The position numbers and the translations under genes were made by a program. A stretch of DNA of 64,000 bases from a virus (taxonomy: Duplodnaviria > Caudoviricetes): IMG/VR virus record IMGVR_UViG_3300021431_000091, positions 32,001-96,000 of that record; one strand, 5' to 3'. The notes beneath the pieces were generated by a model. The model made no database searches. It saw nothing but the letters and a program-made list of their open reading frames with translations, and was not told the origin of the DNA. The first letter of the stretch is position 1; every line of letters starts with the position of its first letter. Below, one piece after another: positions 31,862 through 44,725 of the stretch.

Positions 31862-32656
31862 ATGAAACAGTATTTAGACATTTTGAATCGCATCTTAAAA
31901 GATGGTGTTAAAAAGGGAGACAGGACAGGAACTGGTACAATTAGCATCTTTGGCACACAGAGCCGCTACAACCTTGCAGACGGATTTCCACTTCTGACCA
32001 CAAAGAAACTGTATCTGAAGGGAATCATATATGAGCTGCTTTGGTTCCTGTATGGCGACACAAATGTAAGGTATCTCCAGGACAATAACGTCCATATCTG
32101 GGATGAGTGGGCTGATGAGAATGGAGATCTTGGGCCTGTTTATGGACACCAGTGGTGCAGATGGCCTGACTACAATGGTGGTGAGATTAACCAGATAGCC
32201 AATGTGGTGGAGCAAATCAAGAACAATCCAAACTCAAGACGACTGATTGTGTCTGCCTGGAATGTTGCTGAGGTTGACAAGATGGCTCTTCCCCCATGCC
32301 ACACGATGTTCCAGTTCTATGTAGCTGAAGGCAAGCTGTCACTCCAACTCTACCAGCGTTCTGCTGACACGTTCCTTGGTGTGCCGTTCAATATTGCCAG
32401 TTACGCCCTGCTTCTCCAGATGGTTGCCCATGTTACCGGATATGAGCCTGGTGAGTTCATTCATACAACTGGTGACACCCACTTGTATCTGAACCATCTT
32501 GAGCAGGCAAAATTGCAGCTGACAAGAGAACCCAAGAAGCTTCCAGTGATGAGGATTAACCCAGATGTCAAGAACATTTTTGACTTCCACTACGAGGACT
32601 TTGAGCTGGTAGGCTATGAACCCTGGCCACACATAAAGGCTGATGTGAGTGTGTAA
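31862..32656 (+). CDS. thyA: Thymidylate synthase
   Basis: [35 protein letters not shown]. Confidence 0.98.
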   Translation: MKQYLDILNRILKDGVKKGDRTGTGTISIFGTQSRYNLADGFPLLTTKKLYLKGIIYELLWFLYGDTNVRYLQDNNVHIWDEWADENGDLGPVYGHQWCRWPDYNGGEINQIANVVEQIKNNPNSRRLIVSAWNVAEVDKMALPPCHTMFQFYVAEGKLSLQLYQRSADTFLGVPFNIASYALLLQMVAHVTGYEPGEFIHTTGDTHLYLNHLEQAKLQLTREPKKLPVMRINPDVKNIFDFHYEDFELVGYEPWPHIKADVSV

Positions 32657-33441
32657 CTTAAAAGTGGAAATTATGACACTGACTTACGAGCAAGAAAGTG
32701 CTCTCGCAGCCCTGCTGGACATTGTGTTCAGCACTGGGCTGTTTGAGAAAGCTGACGACGATGATGAATGGGTCCATACAACTGGTGAAACCATCAACCT
32801 GGAGTCCATGCATGTTGTGGACTATGAGCGACTGAAGGAAATGAACAAGGAACTAAACCCAAATTGGAACTATGAATACTGCATCTAAAAACAAGTTGAT
32901 CCCAGCCCCGCTTGATGAGAAGAATCTCACAACTGACTGGATAGAGGAAGTGTTTGATGACTACCGTTGCAGCTGTGGCGGTAAGAGAAACAACCTGTAC
33001 ACTGGTATAGTTGAGGATTGCCCAGTAAGCTGCTTGGTGACATATAACCGAGTGATGTGGCATGTCGATCCCCATATCGGTGGTGTTCCCAATGCCGGAC
33101 ACGCTTATCGTTCCCTTATCAACAGGCTCAAGGACTTGTTTGATGAGGACGAGAATCCTGGCATTGTTGTTGAGTATGACGATTCCATGAAGGATGGTTA
33201 TTTTTTGGTACAAACTTTCTATTTTAAAGACGAAGAACAATGATTAAAGAACATTTTTCCAACGACGACTGGGCAACTCCAATTATCGAGATCTACCACA
33301 ATCCACAGCTTGAGAAGTATTTTCTGACCGTTAATGATGACAGCGAGGACTTTGACACATTCAAGGAAGCTGCAATGAGGCTGAATGAGCTGTTGCCAGG
33401 AATTATCAGGCAATTATTCTAACAACAAACACAACGCAATT

Positions 33442-34026
33442 ATGAAAGAAAGAAAAGAAATTTGGACGGTGGAATTATGTAATATCACAACAGGAGAGAG
33501 CCTGTTTGACCACCGTTGCAACTGTTTATGTGATGACCTGGACGGAGCTATTGAGGTTGCCAAGGAAATCATCAGTGAATATGTGGACTACCCAGATGTG
33601 GTGGAAACTACAGTCTACCAAGGACAATATATGACGGAAAATGGTGATGTGCTTGGTGAGCCTTATGATGTATTCACTGCCACCAATAAGTCACCCCAGG
33701 AAAGTGCAGATGCAAGACAGCGTGCTGACTATGTAAGGAAGTATGTTGATTATTATGCTGTTGACCCTCAAGTTGATGTCAAGCCTACAGAGTTCAAGGG
33801 CAAGCAGTATAAGTCAGCGGTTATCGTAAGCCCGTTTGATGATTATGATAGCGATATTATGGTTGTAAGCTCTGATGTCCAGCCGTTCCTGTTAAATGAG
33901 GACGGTGCTACAGTTGACAAAGAAGCTGAGAATTTTGACAACATGGTGTACTGCTATTGCCCAGATGAGTGGTTCAGTAAGACAGAGAGTGAATTTGTCA
34001 AGTTAATTAAGGAATATTTTGACTGA
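33442..34026 (+). CDS. Acidic hypothetical protein
   Basis: Start MKERKE after an A-rich leader. Confidence 0.7.
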   Translation: MKERKEIWTVELCNITTGESLFDHRCNCLCDDLDGAIEVAKEIISEYVDYPDVVETTVYQGQYMTENGDVLGEPYDVFTATNKSPQESADARQRADYVRKYVDYYAVDPQVDVKPTEFKGKQYKSAVIVSPFDDYDSDIMVVSSDVQPFLLNEDGATVDKEAENFDNMVYCYCPDEWFSKTESEFVKLIKEYFD

Positions 34027-36148
34027 TATGGAAGAAGAAAAGACCGTATATCTGTTTTCCGTTGACAGGTTCTCCAGGTTCGAGATCGAGCACATGAGAC
34101 CGAGTGATTTTCCTGAGTTTGCCTGCAAGACAATGACAATCAAAGAGCTTGAGTCTCACTGGAACAACAAGAAGAACGGAGGGCTTACAATGGATATAGA
34201 GAAATATTGGTGTCGAATCGTATAGCTGGGGTGCTTTCCAGCTATTTCTTTATGAAGTAACTTTTAAAATATACGATTATGGACACAAACAAAATCCCTG
34301 AAGCCGAGAGACTTTTCCGTCAGCTTGGCACCTATCAGAAAATGAAGTCTATGCTGGACAACAAGGCCACATGCCCAGTTTCGTTCCGCATCCAGACTGG
34401 AAAGAATCAGTACGCAACAGCCAATGATGAAGAGGGTGTTGCTCTGGTGGAGGCTGCTGTGAATGCAAGAATTGCACAGCTTACAGAGGCTATTGAGAAC
34501 TTGTAATTCCAAGTTTGTAATTTGTTTTTAGTATTTTCGTGACCAGCGGTCTGTGAAGATAGCTGGTTTAATTTTTATTAAAAAGGATTGAATTATAAAT
34601 TTTAATTATTAAATTTGCACAATGAATAAGACAACGAGAAAAGAACTGAGTGGTTATTTGGATGAGCTGAATGAAATCAAGGAGAGCATCCAGGGTATTG
34701 CAGATGATGAGCAGGACAAGGCTGACAACATGCCGGACAACCTGCAAATGTCAGAAAGGCATGACCTGTATGAGGAGATTGCCGAAAAACTGAATGATGC
34801 GGTCTCCAGCCTTGAGGAAGCTACTGACTACATCCAAGAAGCAATTGATTCGTAATGGATAGGAATGACATAGGAAGAATGATCGCCGAGCTGCTTAAGA
34901 AGAGAAAGAGTTACGTCTTTGTCCCAAAGCGGCTTACGGAGTACATTGTTGCTGCCATCGAGAGACCTGACCAGACCAATACAAACTACAGGACTGGCTC
35001 CTTGATTGAGTACCTGCATGAAAGGAAGCTTAAGTTGGTGGTAAGGAATGATCTCTGGGGTGATGAGATTGTGGTTGACTCTAACAAGGTCGTCCATGAG
35101 GTTATCAAGCGCGGCATGTCTTTCTATGGTTTGTCTGAGGCAGCACTGGTGAACGAGGGGCTTGACTACCACTTCCCGAAGTCACCAGATGCTTCTGTGA
35201 ATATTGACAGGTTTCTTGAATTAATGGAAAGGTTTAACTACGAGATTGCTATTGAGAAATGAAGATTCTGAAAATTTTGGTTGCCGTCGTGGTTGGGTAT
35301 ATCGGAATCGTATTATCCATCCTGGTCCTCAAGTTCATGTTCGGTATGGCTGATGTGGCCAAGCCTTCTGGACTGCGTGGAACAGATGACCTTAATGACG
35401 GTATGAAGAATGCTGGAAGTTGGTTCCATGAGCACTCTGGTAAGTCTGATGCTGATCGTGAGAAATCAATGAATGCAGCCGGACTCTACTATAACTCTGA
35501 GACTGGTCAGTATGAGGAGGATCCTGACAGGTTCTCCAGGGACTTGGATGCAAAATACGGAAGAATAGGAGAATGATGTTATGACTGGAATTATGGATAC
35601 ACTGCTTGCCTATATACTCATCGGAGCGTTTATCGTTGTGGTTGTCGGCAAGTATTTCGGTACTGTTGTCCAGTTGTTTCTGGAACTGTTAAGAGGATTA
35701 GGACTTTTGAAATGATAGACAAATTATTAATTGCAGCCGGAGTGCTGGTGGCTATTTCAGTTGGGCCGCTGGTTCTCCGGCTGCTCTTTTTGACCCTGTG
35801 CGTAATCTGGGATGTAATATTCCAAACCAGGGCGGGTGTTGAACTTTATGATTCTATTTATGGAGCACCAGAAGGAAACAAAGAGAGTGTATGATGCTTG
35901 CATGGCATTCTGGGAGTTGAGCAATATTCTGTTCAATGGCACAAAGAACAGTATTACGTATATGAAGGACCTCCCAGCTTCCAGTCCTTTCTATAAGGAT
36001 GCGCTGGATGTTGCCAAGGATATTGGCATTGACTGGGATAAGATGACCATTGAGCAGAGCGACGCTATAACACTCGCGCTTCTGGAGACCTTGTTTATGA
36101 GAATGAAATCCAAGAAGAGGGTCGATGTTGTTATTAATGTGAAGCTAT

Positions 36149-36559
36149 ATGGCAAAGAAGGAACTACCAGGACCGGTAAGTGAGATCCTGAGAGAAAAGG
36201 ACCTCGCTAAGGCGAGCTTGATTTTTGAGGTGCCTATTGATTACCTTAGGAAGATGAATGAACAGGGTATGCTGGATGTAAGCAGGATCAAGTGTACCGT
36301 TATCAGGCAGGATTTCCTTAATTACAGGAAGATAATCAAGAAAAGGTACAGTGAGACTCATGACGATGCCGAGATTCTTCAGGCATTGATGAAAGAATAC
36401 AATATGCCGCTCCAGCAGGTTCGTGACATTGCTTACAAGAACACGAATCATCTGGGGATATTCTGTAGGAGTTGCGGTAAGAGAATAAGTAACCTCCAGG
36501 CTAAAAGGTCTGGTGGCCTCTGCCCTACCTGTAACTCTGAATCGTTACCTAAATTATAA
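36149..36559 (+). CDS. Hypothetical protein with C-terminal zinc ribbon
   Basis: CRSC...CPTC. Confidence 0.65.
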   Translation: MAKKELPGPVSEILREKDLAKASLIFEVPIDYLRKMNEQGMLDVSRIKCTVIRQDFLNYRKIIKKRYSETHDDAEILQALMKEYNMPLQQVRDIAYKNTNHLGIFCRSCGKRISNLQAKRSGGLCPTCNSESLPKL

Positions 36560-36964
36560 ACAATGTTGGTATGGATAATCTGAAATACCTGGTTAAGGAG
36601 TTTGGCCAGGATTACAACTATGTGCTGTTTATCGACGGAGAGAATCTGGTAATATGCAGCGTGGACGGCACAGAACCTCCAGTCCATACGGAAATCGAGA
36701 AACTGGAGAGTGTCGTCTATGAAATACACGGTAAAGGGCTTTCTGTAAGGCTGGTCTATTATGTGGATGCAGCTGGAAGATACAGCCTCCCAGACCTTAT
36801 GGAATTCTATGAAGCTAAAGGCTGGGACTATTAATCGAAGTTAAATCGATACAACAGAAGTTAAAATAACAACCTGCATTTTACGGGTTATCCTATTTCA
36901 TGGTGTCAGTGTTCTGCTGGCACCAGAATTTTTTGTTGTATTTTACAGTTGATTTTTAAAGCAG

Positions 36965-37477
36965 ATGAGCGCAACACAATCTTTAATCAGAACGAGGATT
37001 AAGTTCTTCCTCTCACAGACCGACCACAAGACGCTGGTCGGCTATGTGACAAAGAACGAGAGTGGTGTCTACAGAGGATGCCGTGAGAGCAGCCCAGTTA
37101 AGAAAAAGGTCGTTATTCCAGATTCGGAACTGGCAAAGGGTATGGTTGAAAAGGCCCTTTATAGCTGCTCACTCAAACCAATGAACAATGGCTCAGGATT
37201 TATTGCAGTGGAAGCTGAGCTGTGTCAGTTCCCAGCCATTGTGGACACAACGGTAACCGCTAACAGATTTAAGGTTACTGTGGAATTCGGAAACACCAAG
37301 ATCATCTACGACCCCCAGTATGGAAAGGACAAGACCAGGAACACTGTGGAGGGCGTACTGGAAATCCTGGAATCAAGGAACGACATCAGGGAGAAGCAAA
37401 GCGTTATAGCTGCGTTCTTGAGATCTGCCAATATGGTGTGTGCCCTTTACAATGACTACAAGAAGCACCAGCTATGA
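36965..37477 (+). CDS. Hypothetical protein
   Basis: ORF preceded by an AAC-N19-CTATTT motif. Confidence 0.75.
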   Translation: MSATQSLIRTRIKFFLSQTDHKTLVGYVTKNESGVYRGCRESSPVKKKVVIPDSELAKGMVEKALYSCSLKPMNNGSGFIAVEAELCQFPAIVDTTVTANRFKVTVEFGNTKIIYDPQYGKDKTRNTVEGVLEILESRNDIREKQSVIAAFLRSANMVCALYNDYKKHQL

Positions 37478-37890
37478 TTGACAGGACACAGGGTATTGCA
37501 GTTGACGCATCCCATTCCACCAAGAACAAGATGACGGAATACAGGGGTGTTGATCTGAGGACTGGGAAGGAATTGTTCCGTGAGAAGCTTGGAAACCAGA
37601 CAATCAATATCGGCGAGTTCCTTGCTATCGTGGAGGCTGTGAAAGAAATATATGAGACTGGATATAAGCCTGCCGTAATATTTTCAGACTCTATGGTTGC
37701 AATCAATTGGTTCGTACACCGTAAGACATCATCTGGGAAACGCAACTCAAAGCTTATGAAGGCTGAGTGCTACCTGAGGGTCATGGATGAAAAGATAAAG
37801 GACATTAAGATTATACACTGGAACAATGACAAGTGGGGTGAGATCCCAGCTGACTTCCACAGGAAGGGCAATGGTACACCTATTTTATAA
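37474..37890 (+). CDS. rnhA: Ribonuclease HI
   Basis: IAVDAS, TINIGEFLAIV, IFSDS, KWGEIPADF. Confidence 0.9.
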   Translation: MIDRTQGIAVDASHSTKNKMTEYRGVDLRTGKELFREKLGNQTINIGEFLAIVEAVKEIYETGYKPAVIFSDSMVAINWFVHRKTSSGKRNSKLMKAECYLRVMDEKIKDIKIIHWNNDKWGEIPADFHRKGNGTPIL

Positions 37891-37893
37891 AAT

Positions 37894-38457
37894 ATGGAAA
37901 ACAAATACAAAATAGAATTCGCATCAGCCACTACAAAGCAGCAGTTCTTCAATATGTTTACCAAATCAAAGGAGGGGCAGGCATTACTGAAGAAAAAGGA
38001 GGACTACATGCACAAAGGGCAGTTCATCCAGGCTATGCAGATGGCCAAGAAGATTGATGATTTTGTAGCTCAGGAGTTTGCCAAGTATGCGAGGCAAGCC
38101 GAGAAGGAAGCAGAAAGAATCAATGTTAATGAACTGGGGATGCCAAATGACGTGAAGAATGAACTGAACAAGCTTTATGTCGTTGCATTCATGACAGCCG
38201 ACATTCTGGAGAGTGTAATACTTGACATGAATGATGCGGTGAAGAAGTTTGACAAGGACCTTGCTGTTGACATATTTGATGACTTCAAGGAGGTTAACAG
38301 GGTTGCCAAGGAAAAGCTCAGGTTCTTCCGCAAAAGTGAGGATGTTATGAAACTTCCTATCTGGGGAACTGAGTGTGACAATATGTATGAGATGATGCGG
38401 AACAAGGCAGCGAAGATTATAAAAGAGGATATAAAAGAAAAACTTAAAACACTTTAA
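37894..38457 (+). CDS. Helical hypothetical protein
   Basis: ORF track. Confidence 0.75.
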   Translation: MENKYKIEFASATTKQQFFNMFTKSKEGQALLKKKEDYMHKGQFIQAMQMAKKIDDFVAQEFAKYARQAEKEAERINVNELGMPNDVKNELNKLYVVAFMTADILESVILDMNDAVKKFDKDLAVDIFDDFKEVNRVAKEKLRFFRKSEDVMKLPIWGTECDNMYEMMRNKAAKIIKEDIKEKLKTL

Positions 38458-40272
38458 CGATTATGGGAAACTTTACAAAGGTGGATTTGCTGAGCTCCAC
38501 TTCAAAACTCAGCCTTGGTGAGAATGAGATTGACCTGGTGATCACTGGAAGCACAACTCCCAGCTACCTTGTGTTAAACAAGAGCGTTTTGGACCTGGTA
38601 TCCAAGAAACAGCTGTTCAAGATGAGTGTGTACCAGGATGCAGACAACAAGGTGCTTGCTTTCAATTTCGGTAAGACTGGTGACATCACAATCATCCAGA
38701 ACACAAACCCAGACAAAAAGCGTAGCGCTCTGAGACTCACAAACAAGAAGCTTATTGCCTTTATCTGTGAGTTCTTCGGCATCAACCCAGCCATCAAAGC
38801 GCATAACAAGCTTAGCATTTCAAACAACAAGGCAAACGGAAGCGAGATCCTGATGTTCTACGTCAGGGTAAGCGGTATGGAACACGTAAACTTTAAGTAA
38901 TATGGACAAGAGTAAGCATGATGAGATTATGGGCTATGTAGAGCGCGGCGTTCCTGATATTTGCAGGAAGGCTCGCGCTTCCTATGATGAAGTGCATGAG
39001 GTAATGAAAGAGTATCTAACTAAACAAGGTGTGATATGAGTGAATACAAAGATTCAAATCATGACAGGCATTTCAAGCTTGCTATCCCATTTGGTGCTGT
39101 ACTGACAATACTGTGCGTGATCGGGCTTGCAATTGGTATGGAGTTTAAGGACGCGCACCACCAGAACGGGAATAAACCATTGAAGGAATGGGACTGGAGC
39201 GCATGGGACTGGAAGGATTTTAAGTGGACTATTTATGGTGGTTTGGTTGGTCAGGCCATCCAGATTGGTGTAATTGTTTTGATAATATGCCTTATATGAT
39301 TGATGAAATCCTGGACAAAATGAGGTCTCAGGTGGACAAAAGAATTGTATTTCTTATTCTGTCTCAAATGATAGATGAGGATATGACTGTTACGGATGTC
39401 CTGAATAAGTACAAGCTGGAGACGAGCTATACCACTCCTGCCACACAAATAAAGGGGTGTGCTCAGACATTCTTACAATGTGAGTGCAAGATGCAGTTGG
39501 TAAAACGAAAAGACCTCTATCTTGTTACACCAGAAGATATTGAGGCTATAAAATCAGATTTGAAGAACGAGCTTTATAAACAATTGGTATTAAGATGAGC
39601 GATTTGACAGATTCCCAGCTCCTTGACAGGGCTCTTGACACCATAGTTGAACTGGTTAAGAGTGACCCGTCAGACTTTTGTGAGGTTGTCGATGCCAACG
39701 AGGAAGGTTGGTGTGAGAACAACTGTGAGAATTTTGGTAGGATATGCCTTCTGAAATACCTTAAGTACAGGAAACCTGGTGAGTTGGATAGGAGGGTATC
39801 GATATGAGTAAAGCAACGACAGTTATTAGTCCAAACAGTCACAACATTGAAAGACTGATGCTGGATAGTGTTTCTTCCCAGTCCTTTTACATTCCGTGTG
39901 ATTTATATGCAATTAGAAATATGTGTCGTGAAATTGAATCTATCAGTGATGGTATAAGGGACATCAAAGAAGGAGTTGACCAATTAACTGTTGAGCTTGA
40001 TTATTTAAAAGACAGTTTGAGACATGGCAAAGAAGAATGAAACTGTAATGGTGGAGGCCAGTAAGTGCAAGTGCTGTATATGTGGCAAACAGGCTTATGC
40101 TTTCTGGCCTTGCATTGACCCAGACATCCCACAGCATCCGTACTGTGAGAAGTGCTTGCGTGAACAGCAGATGAAGGTAATAACTGGAGTGCTTGGCGAA
40201 GAAGAAGGCAAGAAAGCTTTCAGGAGAGCCATGAGGGAGAAAAAGAAAAGAGGGTCTTAAAACCCTCTGTTG

Positions 40273-40345
40273 TTGCGAAGGTAGGACTCGAACCTACGAT
40301 CTTTTGGTTATGAGCCAAACGAGATACCAACTTCTCCACCTCGCG
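40273..40345 (-). tRNA. tRNA-Met(CAT), initiator-like (C1:A72 mismatch)
   Basis: Cloverleaf; anticodon loop CTCATAA; T-arm GTAGGTTCGAGTCCTAC. Confidence 0.9.
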
Positions 40346-40351
40346 GTATTG

Positions 40352-40424
40352 TGACTCCAGTGGGACTCGAACCCACGCCCCAGGGATTAAAAGTCCCTTG
40401 CTCTACCTACTGAGCTATGAAGCC
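40352..40424 (-). tRNA. tRNA-Lys(TTT)
   Basis: Cloverleaf; loop CTTTTAA; T-arm GTGGGTTCGAGTCCCAC. Confidence 0.92.
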
Positions 40425-40498
40425 AGATGCCCGACCTCACAGCTGGAGATCGAGAGCTTAAGAGCGTTTATGTTTGAGTACTATTGTCATATCGGGTG

Positions 40499-40506
40499 CA
40501 AAGATA
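40499..40506 (-). promoter_or_regulatory. Bacteroidetes -7 promoter element for the tRNA pair
   Basis: TATCTTTG on - strand. Confidence 0.6.
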
Positions 40507-40990
40507 CTGGTAATATTCCAGACCACAAAATGATTTGGAGAAAATTTTTATAAAAAGAAACATTTTTAGACGATTTTTAACTTTATGGCTATGAACGATA
40601 AGATGACACCACAGCAAAAGCTTATGAAGGCTGTGTTTGGTAAGCTGCCAGAAGAAATGACAGCTGAGGAGAGAGAACATTGGGAAGATCGTATTGCCGA
40701 GATGCAGGCAGAAAGCATTACTGATGAGGAATACAAGAAGATCTGTGGCGAAAGCATTGATAACTCTAAGGATAGGATGATGCTGTATGTCGGATGGTGC
40801 AAGCTGATTTCAAAGTGGTACATGGAGCACAACAATGACCGCAAGTACCATGTTGATGAGTTTAAGCCCGCCTATTCTTTCAGGCAGGTTGTTGATATTG
40901 CCCAGATGGTTTACCGTCAAGGCCTGGAAGATGGAAAGAATGGTGTTACTGAATATGAACACCTTTGGGGAACCAAGAACGACAACAAGG

Positions 40991-41374
40991 ATGAGTAGGG
41001 TAATCAAATTCAGAGGCTGGGATAAGGTAGGCAACAAGTGCTGGGTGTACGGTGACCTTGTGCATAACCAGAAAGTAACCAAGGAAGGACTGGAACCCAG
41101 GACTATGGTTGGTGGCTATGAGGTCGATCCTGAAAGCGTGTGTCAATTTACTGGGCTGTGTGACAAGAACGGCAAGGAGATATATGAAGGTGACTATGTT
41201 ATGTATGGTGGTAATCTTTGCTATATTGCCTTCCTGATGCAGGAGTGCGGTTATGTTATAGTTACACCCAGTTCAGACACAAGGATCATGGACTCGTATG
41301 AGTTTGGATTAAGACTTGATATGGAGCTGACCGGAGAAACTGTTTACGAAAAACATAAATCATGTACGCTGTAA
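40991..41374 (+). CDS. YopX-family protein
   Basis: 'IKFRGWD', 'QFTGLCDKNGKEIYEGD'. Confidence 0.85.
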   Translation: MSRVIKFRGWDKVGNKCWVYGDLVHNQKVTKEGLEPRTMVGGYEVDPESVCQFTGLCDKNGKEIYEGDYVMYGGNLCYIAFLMQECGYVIVTPSSDTRIMDSYEFGLRLDMELTGETVYEKHKSCTL

Positions 41375-42236
41375 TTGAACAAGACTTATTTGGGCACCGT
41401 TCAGTATATGAGGCCCAGAACTTTGATGACGCATATAACTGGCTGGACGGGCTGAGTAATGTGCATGGTAAGAAATATAAAATAATCAGAAAATAGTATG
41501 TTGAAGGAAGGTTATTATAAGTGTATAGCTGGCAATTACATGGTGACAACCAAAATGTTTGGTAGGATACCTGAATTGGAAAATTACGAGCTTGAAGATG
41601 GAGCTCTGTATCGTGTGAATCCTATTGGTAGACTTGAGATTCCAGGTAAGGGCACAGCACAGATAACTGATGAGGTTGAGAAGATCCTGGTCCCATACGA
41701 GTCGGATGATGAGATAAAACACTGGGATGAGATACGCACCCAGGCTTCCATACATATCATGGCTTCTGTTATTGGTATGCAAAAAGCTTGTGCCTCCATT
41801 GATTTTAACAGGGTTGCCAGTGTGGTTGTAACAGCTGCTGATGCCCTGGTTGATGAACTTAAAAGAAGAAAGCCATGAGGGTTAACTTGAATAAAACAAT
41901 GCGCATGTCTGAACTTCCAGATTACGCTAAGGACTTGTTGTACGAATGCAGACTTGATTCTGACAAAGATGTACCAAAAGAGGAGTATCTAAGTTATTAC
42001 CATATCATTATCATTAATGGTATTGTTTATATTGATGACGATGACCACGCTAACCGCCTACTTAAGGGTGTTTTGCTTGAAAAGTCATCATCGAGGGCAC
42101 TTATGGTTTCATACGCTGTGATTATGGACAAACACGTTATTAAGAATAGGTATGGTAAAAGTACACTTAATTTTATGCATAATGTGATAAAATAACCGCC
42201 GAAAGGCACAATATTAACAATTTAAAATTTAGTATT

Positions 42237-42413
42237 ATGAGCAAGAAAGTATTTGCTTTAGTTAGCGGTATCGTTGGTGGCCTTCAGACCATCGGTGTTG
42301 CCCTGGTTACTTACAACAACCCAGAGTATGCAACTGCTATCAATTCCGCTATTGTGATTGCCGGTGCTGCAATCATTGAGATCTGCAACCTCTTCGTTAA
42401 GACTGAGGCGTAA
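42237..42413 (+). CDS. 58-aa two-TM membrane protein (absent from ORF track)
   Basis: MSKKVFALVSGIVGG...; A-rich leader, followed by a terminator. Confidence 0.7.
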   Translation: MSKKVFALVSGIVGGLQTIGVALVTYNNPEYATAINSAIVIAGAAIIEICNLFVKTEA

Positions 42414-42420
42414 GGCAATT

Positions 42421-42456
42421 GGGAGCTGGGGCTATCTATTCCCAGCTTCTTTTTTT
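42421..42456 (+). terminator. Intrinsic terminator
   Basis: GGGAGCTGGG/CCCAGCTTCT stem plus T-tract. Confidence 0.8.
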
Positions 42457-42474
42457 ATTTTAATTATCACAATT

Positions 42475-43662
42475 ATGGATTACGAAAAATTACATAAAGA
42501 TACTATAGCCAAACTACAAGAGATGGTTAATAGTGAGAAGATCACAGTCGAAACTGCATGTGGTATATGTGCAGATTTTATTCCAGAGAGCAAGGATGAG
42601 AAGATAATGAAAGCAATTATAAAGTGTCTTAAATGGTTACAGGATGAAGCACGTTGGATTAATGTTTACGGTATCTCGTTTGATTTCATATTTGCTTGGG
42701 TTGAAAAACAAAGAAATCTAATGAAAGCCTTGCAAATATCCAATGCAAGAATTGGTGAATTGATTGAAGAGAATTATTATCTCAAAGAGCAATTTGAAAA
42801 GCAAGGCAAAAATAACATGGGTATTTCTGAAGCTACCAAGAAAAAGTTAGAGAATAGTCTTAATGAGGCTTTGGAAAAAGAAACACCAGAGTCTTGGAAT
42901 AAGTTTCTTGACGAGCAAGGTGAGAGGAAGCCTGATACAGATTTCTCAGACTTCAGAACTTGGAAATACATTGTTGACGCAGTTTTGACTGAAAAAGAAG
43001 GCATCGGGCAGTATCTTGATAGTCCATTTACAGAAGAAGTTGCCAAGAAGTTACAAAAACGATTTGGTAATATAGAGCAAATTCTTGCTAATTCTGCAAA
43101 AACTTGCAATGGTGAGCAGAATCCTGCTGAATGGCATAGGGAAGATGAACAGAACTTAAATGCTTGTCTTGGTTATATACCAGACGAATTTCTTAGAAGG
43201 TGGCTAACAGATATTATTCATGTTAAATACGACAAGTCTGTTGAATTGCCAAAAGGCGAAGATTATGGTATTGATGGCTTGTATGCCGCCATTGATATTC
43301 TACAAAAGACTCTTGGTGATGTTGATGGCTACCAGTCCGATGATGGTATTTTAGAACATAAGTGCGCCATTAGTGCCGTTAAGGAATTGTCTAAACAGCA
43401 GAAATCCTTTTGGAGTGAAGAGGATAAGAAAATGTCAAGATTCATAGGAAATGCTATCACTACTAATGGCGCATCTATATACCTTAAAAGTAAAGGCATA
43501 CAAGTCATAGATGCACATGTGTGGTTAAATGGACTCAAAGAAAGATACACCTGGAAGCCGAGTAATGAGCAGATTGATGCTTTAGAATCAGCAGTATCTT
43601 TATTACAAAGCACTACGCTTGAATCACTTTATAACGAATTGAAAAAGCTAAGGGAGGAATAG
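42475..43662 (+). CDS. Mosaic hypothetical protein with WSEED-like motifs
   Basis: True start likely MDYEKL (42475); WHRED, WSEED and WKPS motifs. Confidence 0.75.
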   Translation: MDYEKLHKDTIAKLQEMVNSEKITVETACGICADFIPESKDEKIMKAIIKCLKWLQDEARWINVYGISFDFIFAWVEKQRNLMKALQISNARIGELIEENYYLKEQFEKQGKNNMGISEATKKKLENSLNEALEKETPESWNKFLDEQGERKPDTDFSDFRTWKYIVDAVLTEKEGIGQYLDSPFTEEVAKKLQKRFGNIEQILANSAKTCNGEQNPAEWHREDEQNLNACLGYIPDEFLRRWLTDIIHVKYDKSVELPKGEDYGIDGLYAAIDILQKTLGDVDGYQSDDGILEHKCAISAVKELSKQQKSFWSEEDKKMSRFIGNAITTNGASIYLKSKGIQVIDAHVWLNGLKERYTWKPSNEQIDALESAVSLLQSTTLESLYNELKKLREE

Positions 43663-44725
43663 TTATGAAAGCAATTCAAATTGGTGATTGGCTACAACAT
43701 GCCAATGGTAAGTATTACCAAGTAACAAGGATTGACCGTTTAGGTGATGGAAACATACATTTCGCTTGTGGTTTTCCTCACTTATGGGAGTATAATAATA
43801 AGTTTAAACCTATTCAACTTCAAAAAATACACCTAATAAAGAATGGGTTTAAGGTTAGAGAATATTCCGATGATATGGAGTATTTCTATCACGATGGCTA
43901 CAAAATAAATATTGATTTCAACGAAGGGTTGTCAGCGGACAACATACCACCTACTATATTTCTTTCGATTGACTTTGCTGAGAAAGATATTGCTATGCCT
44001 ATTGAGTATGTACATGAATTACAGCAGGCTATGCGAATTATGGGTTGTGATAAAGAAATAGAACTATGAGCAAAGCAGAAAAGTTCATCAGTGATTGCAC
44101 AAGGAATTGTAGCAATGAATTTGAACCGCAAAAAGCCCCACCATCAGTTTATAATCCTTGGCTAACTCCAAACCAAGCGAGAAGGGCTGTGGAGATCGCA
44201 AGGGAGGAAATTATTGAAAAAGTGTGTGAGTTTCTTGATAATGACCTTTGTTGCTACATAAAAGCACAGGATTTCACTATAGAACATCAGAGATTAGAAA
44301 ACGACTTAAAACAAGCAATGAAAGATGAGTAAAGCAGAAGATTTATCAAAGCAATACAGTGACTACCGAGAGCAATGCGGTATCAAAGACCCCGTAATGC
44401 TTGACGAGATTGAGGAAGCATACTTTGAAGGCTACAGCCAAGCAGAGAAAGATAATGAACTCACTTGTAAGGATACAAAAGATGAATTCCTAAACGAGTT
44501 CCTGGCAAAAACGCTTAGCAGGAAACTGGGTATCAATAGAATGCCTGAGTGCGAGAAGGAAGAGTGCAATAAGACATACATCCCAGACCCGTATCAGCCG
44601 GACGCTCCCAGGTATCCATATTTTGAAGCCTACAAGGAAGGCTACCTGTCTGCAATGTCAATCGCTGAGGATATACTTGTGAAAATGTTTAATGAATACG
44701 ATAACTTAACAAAAGGTTAACGATT

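Noticed and set aside
42358-42474. N-terminal extension of the 434-aa ORF
   Set aside because: It overlaps a small membrane gene and its terminator; the ATG at 42475 has a proper A-rich leader.
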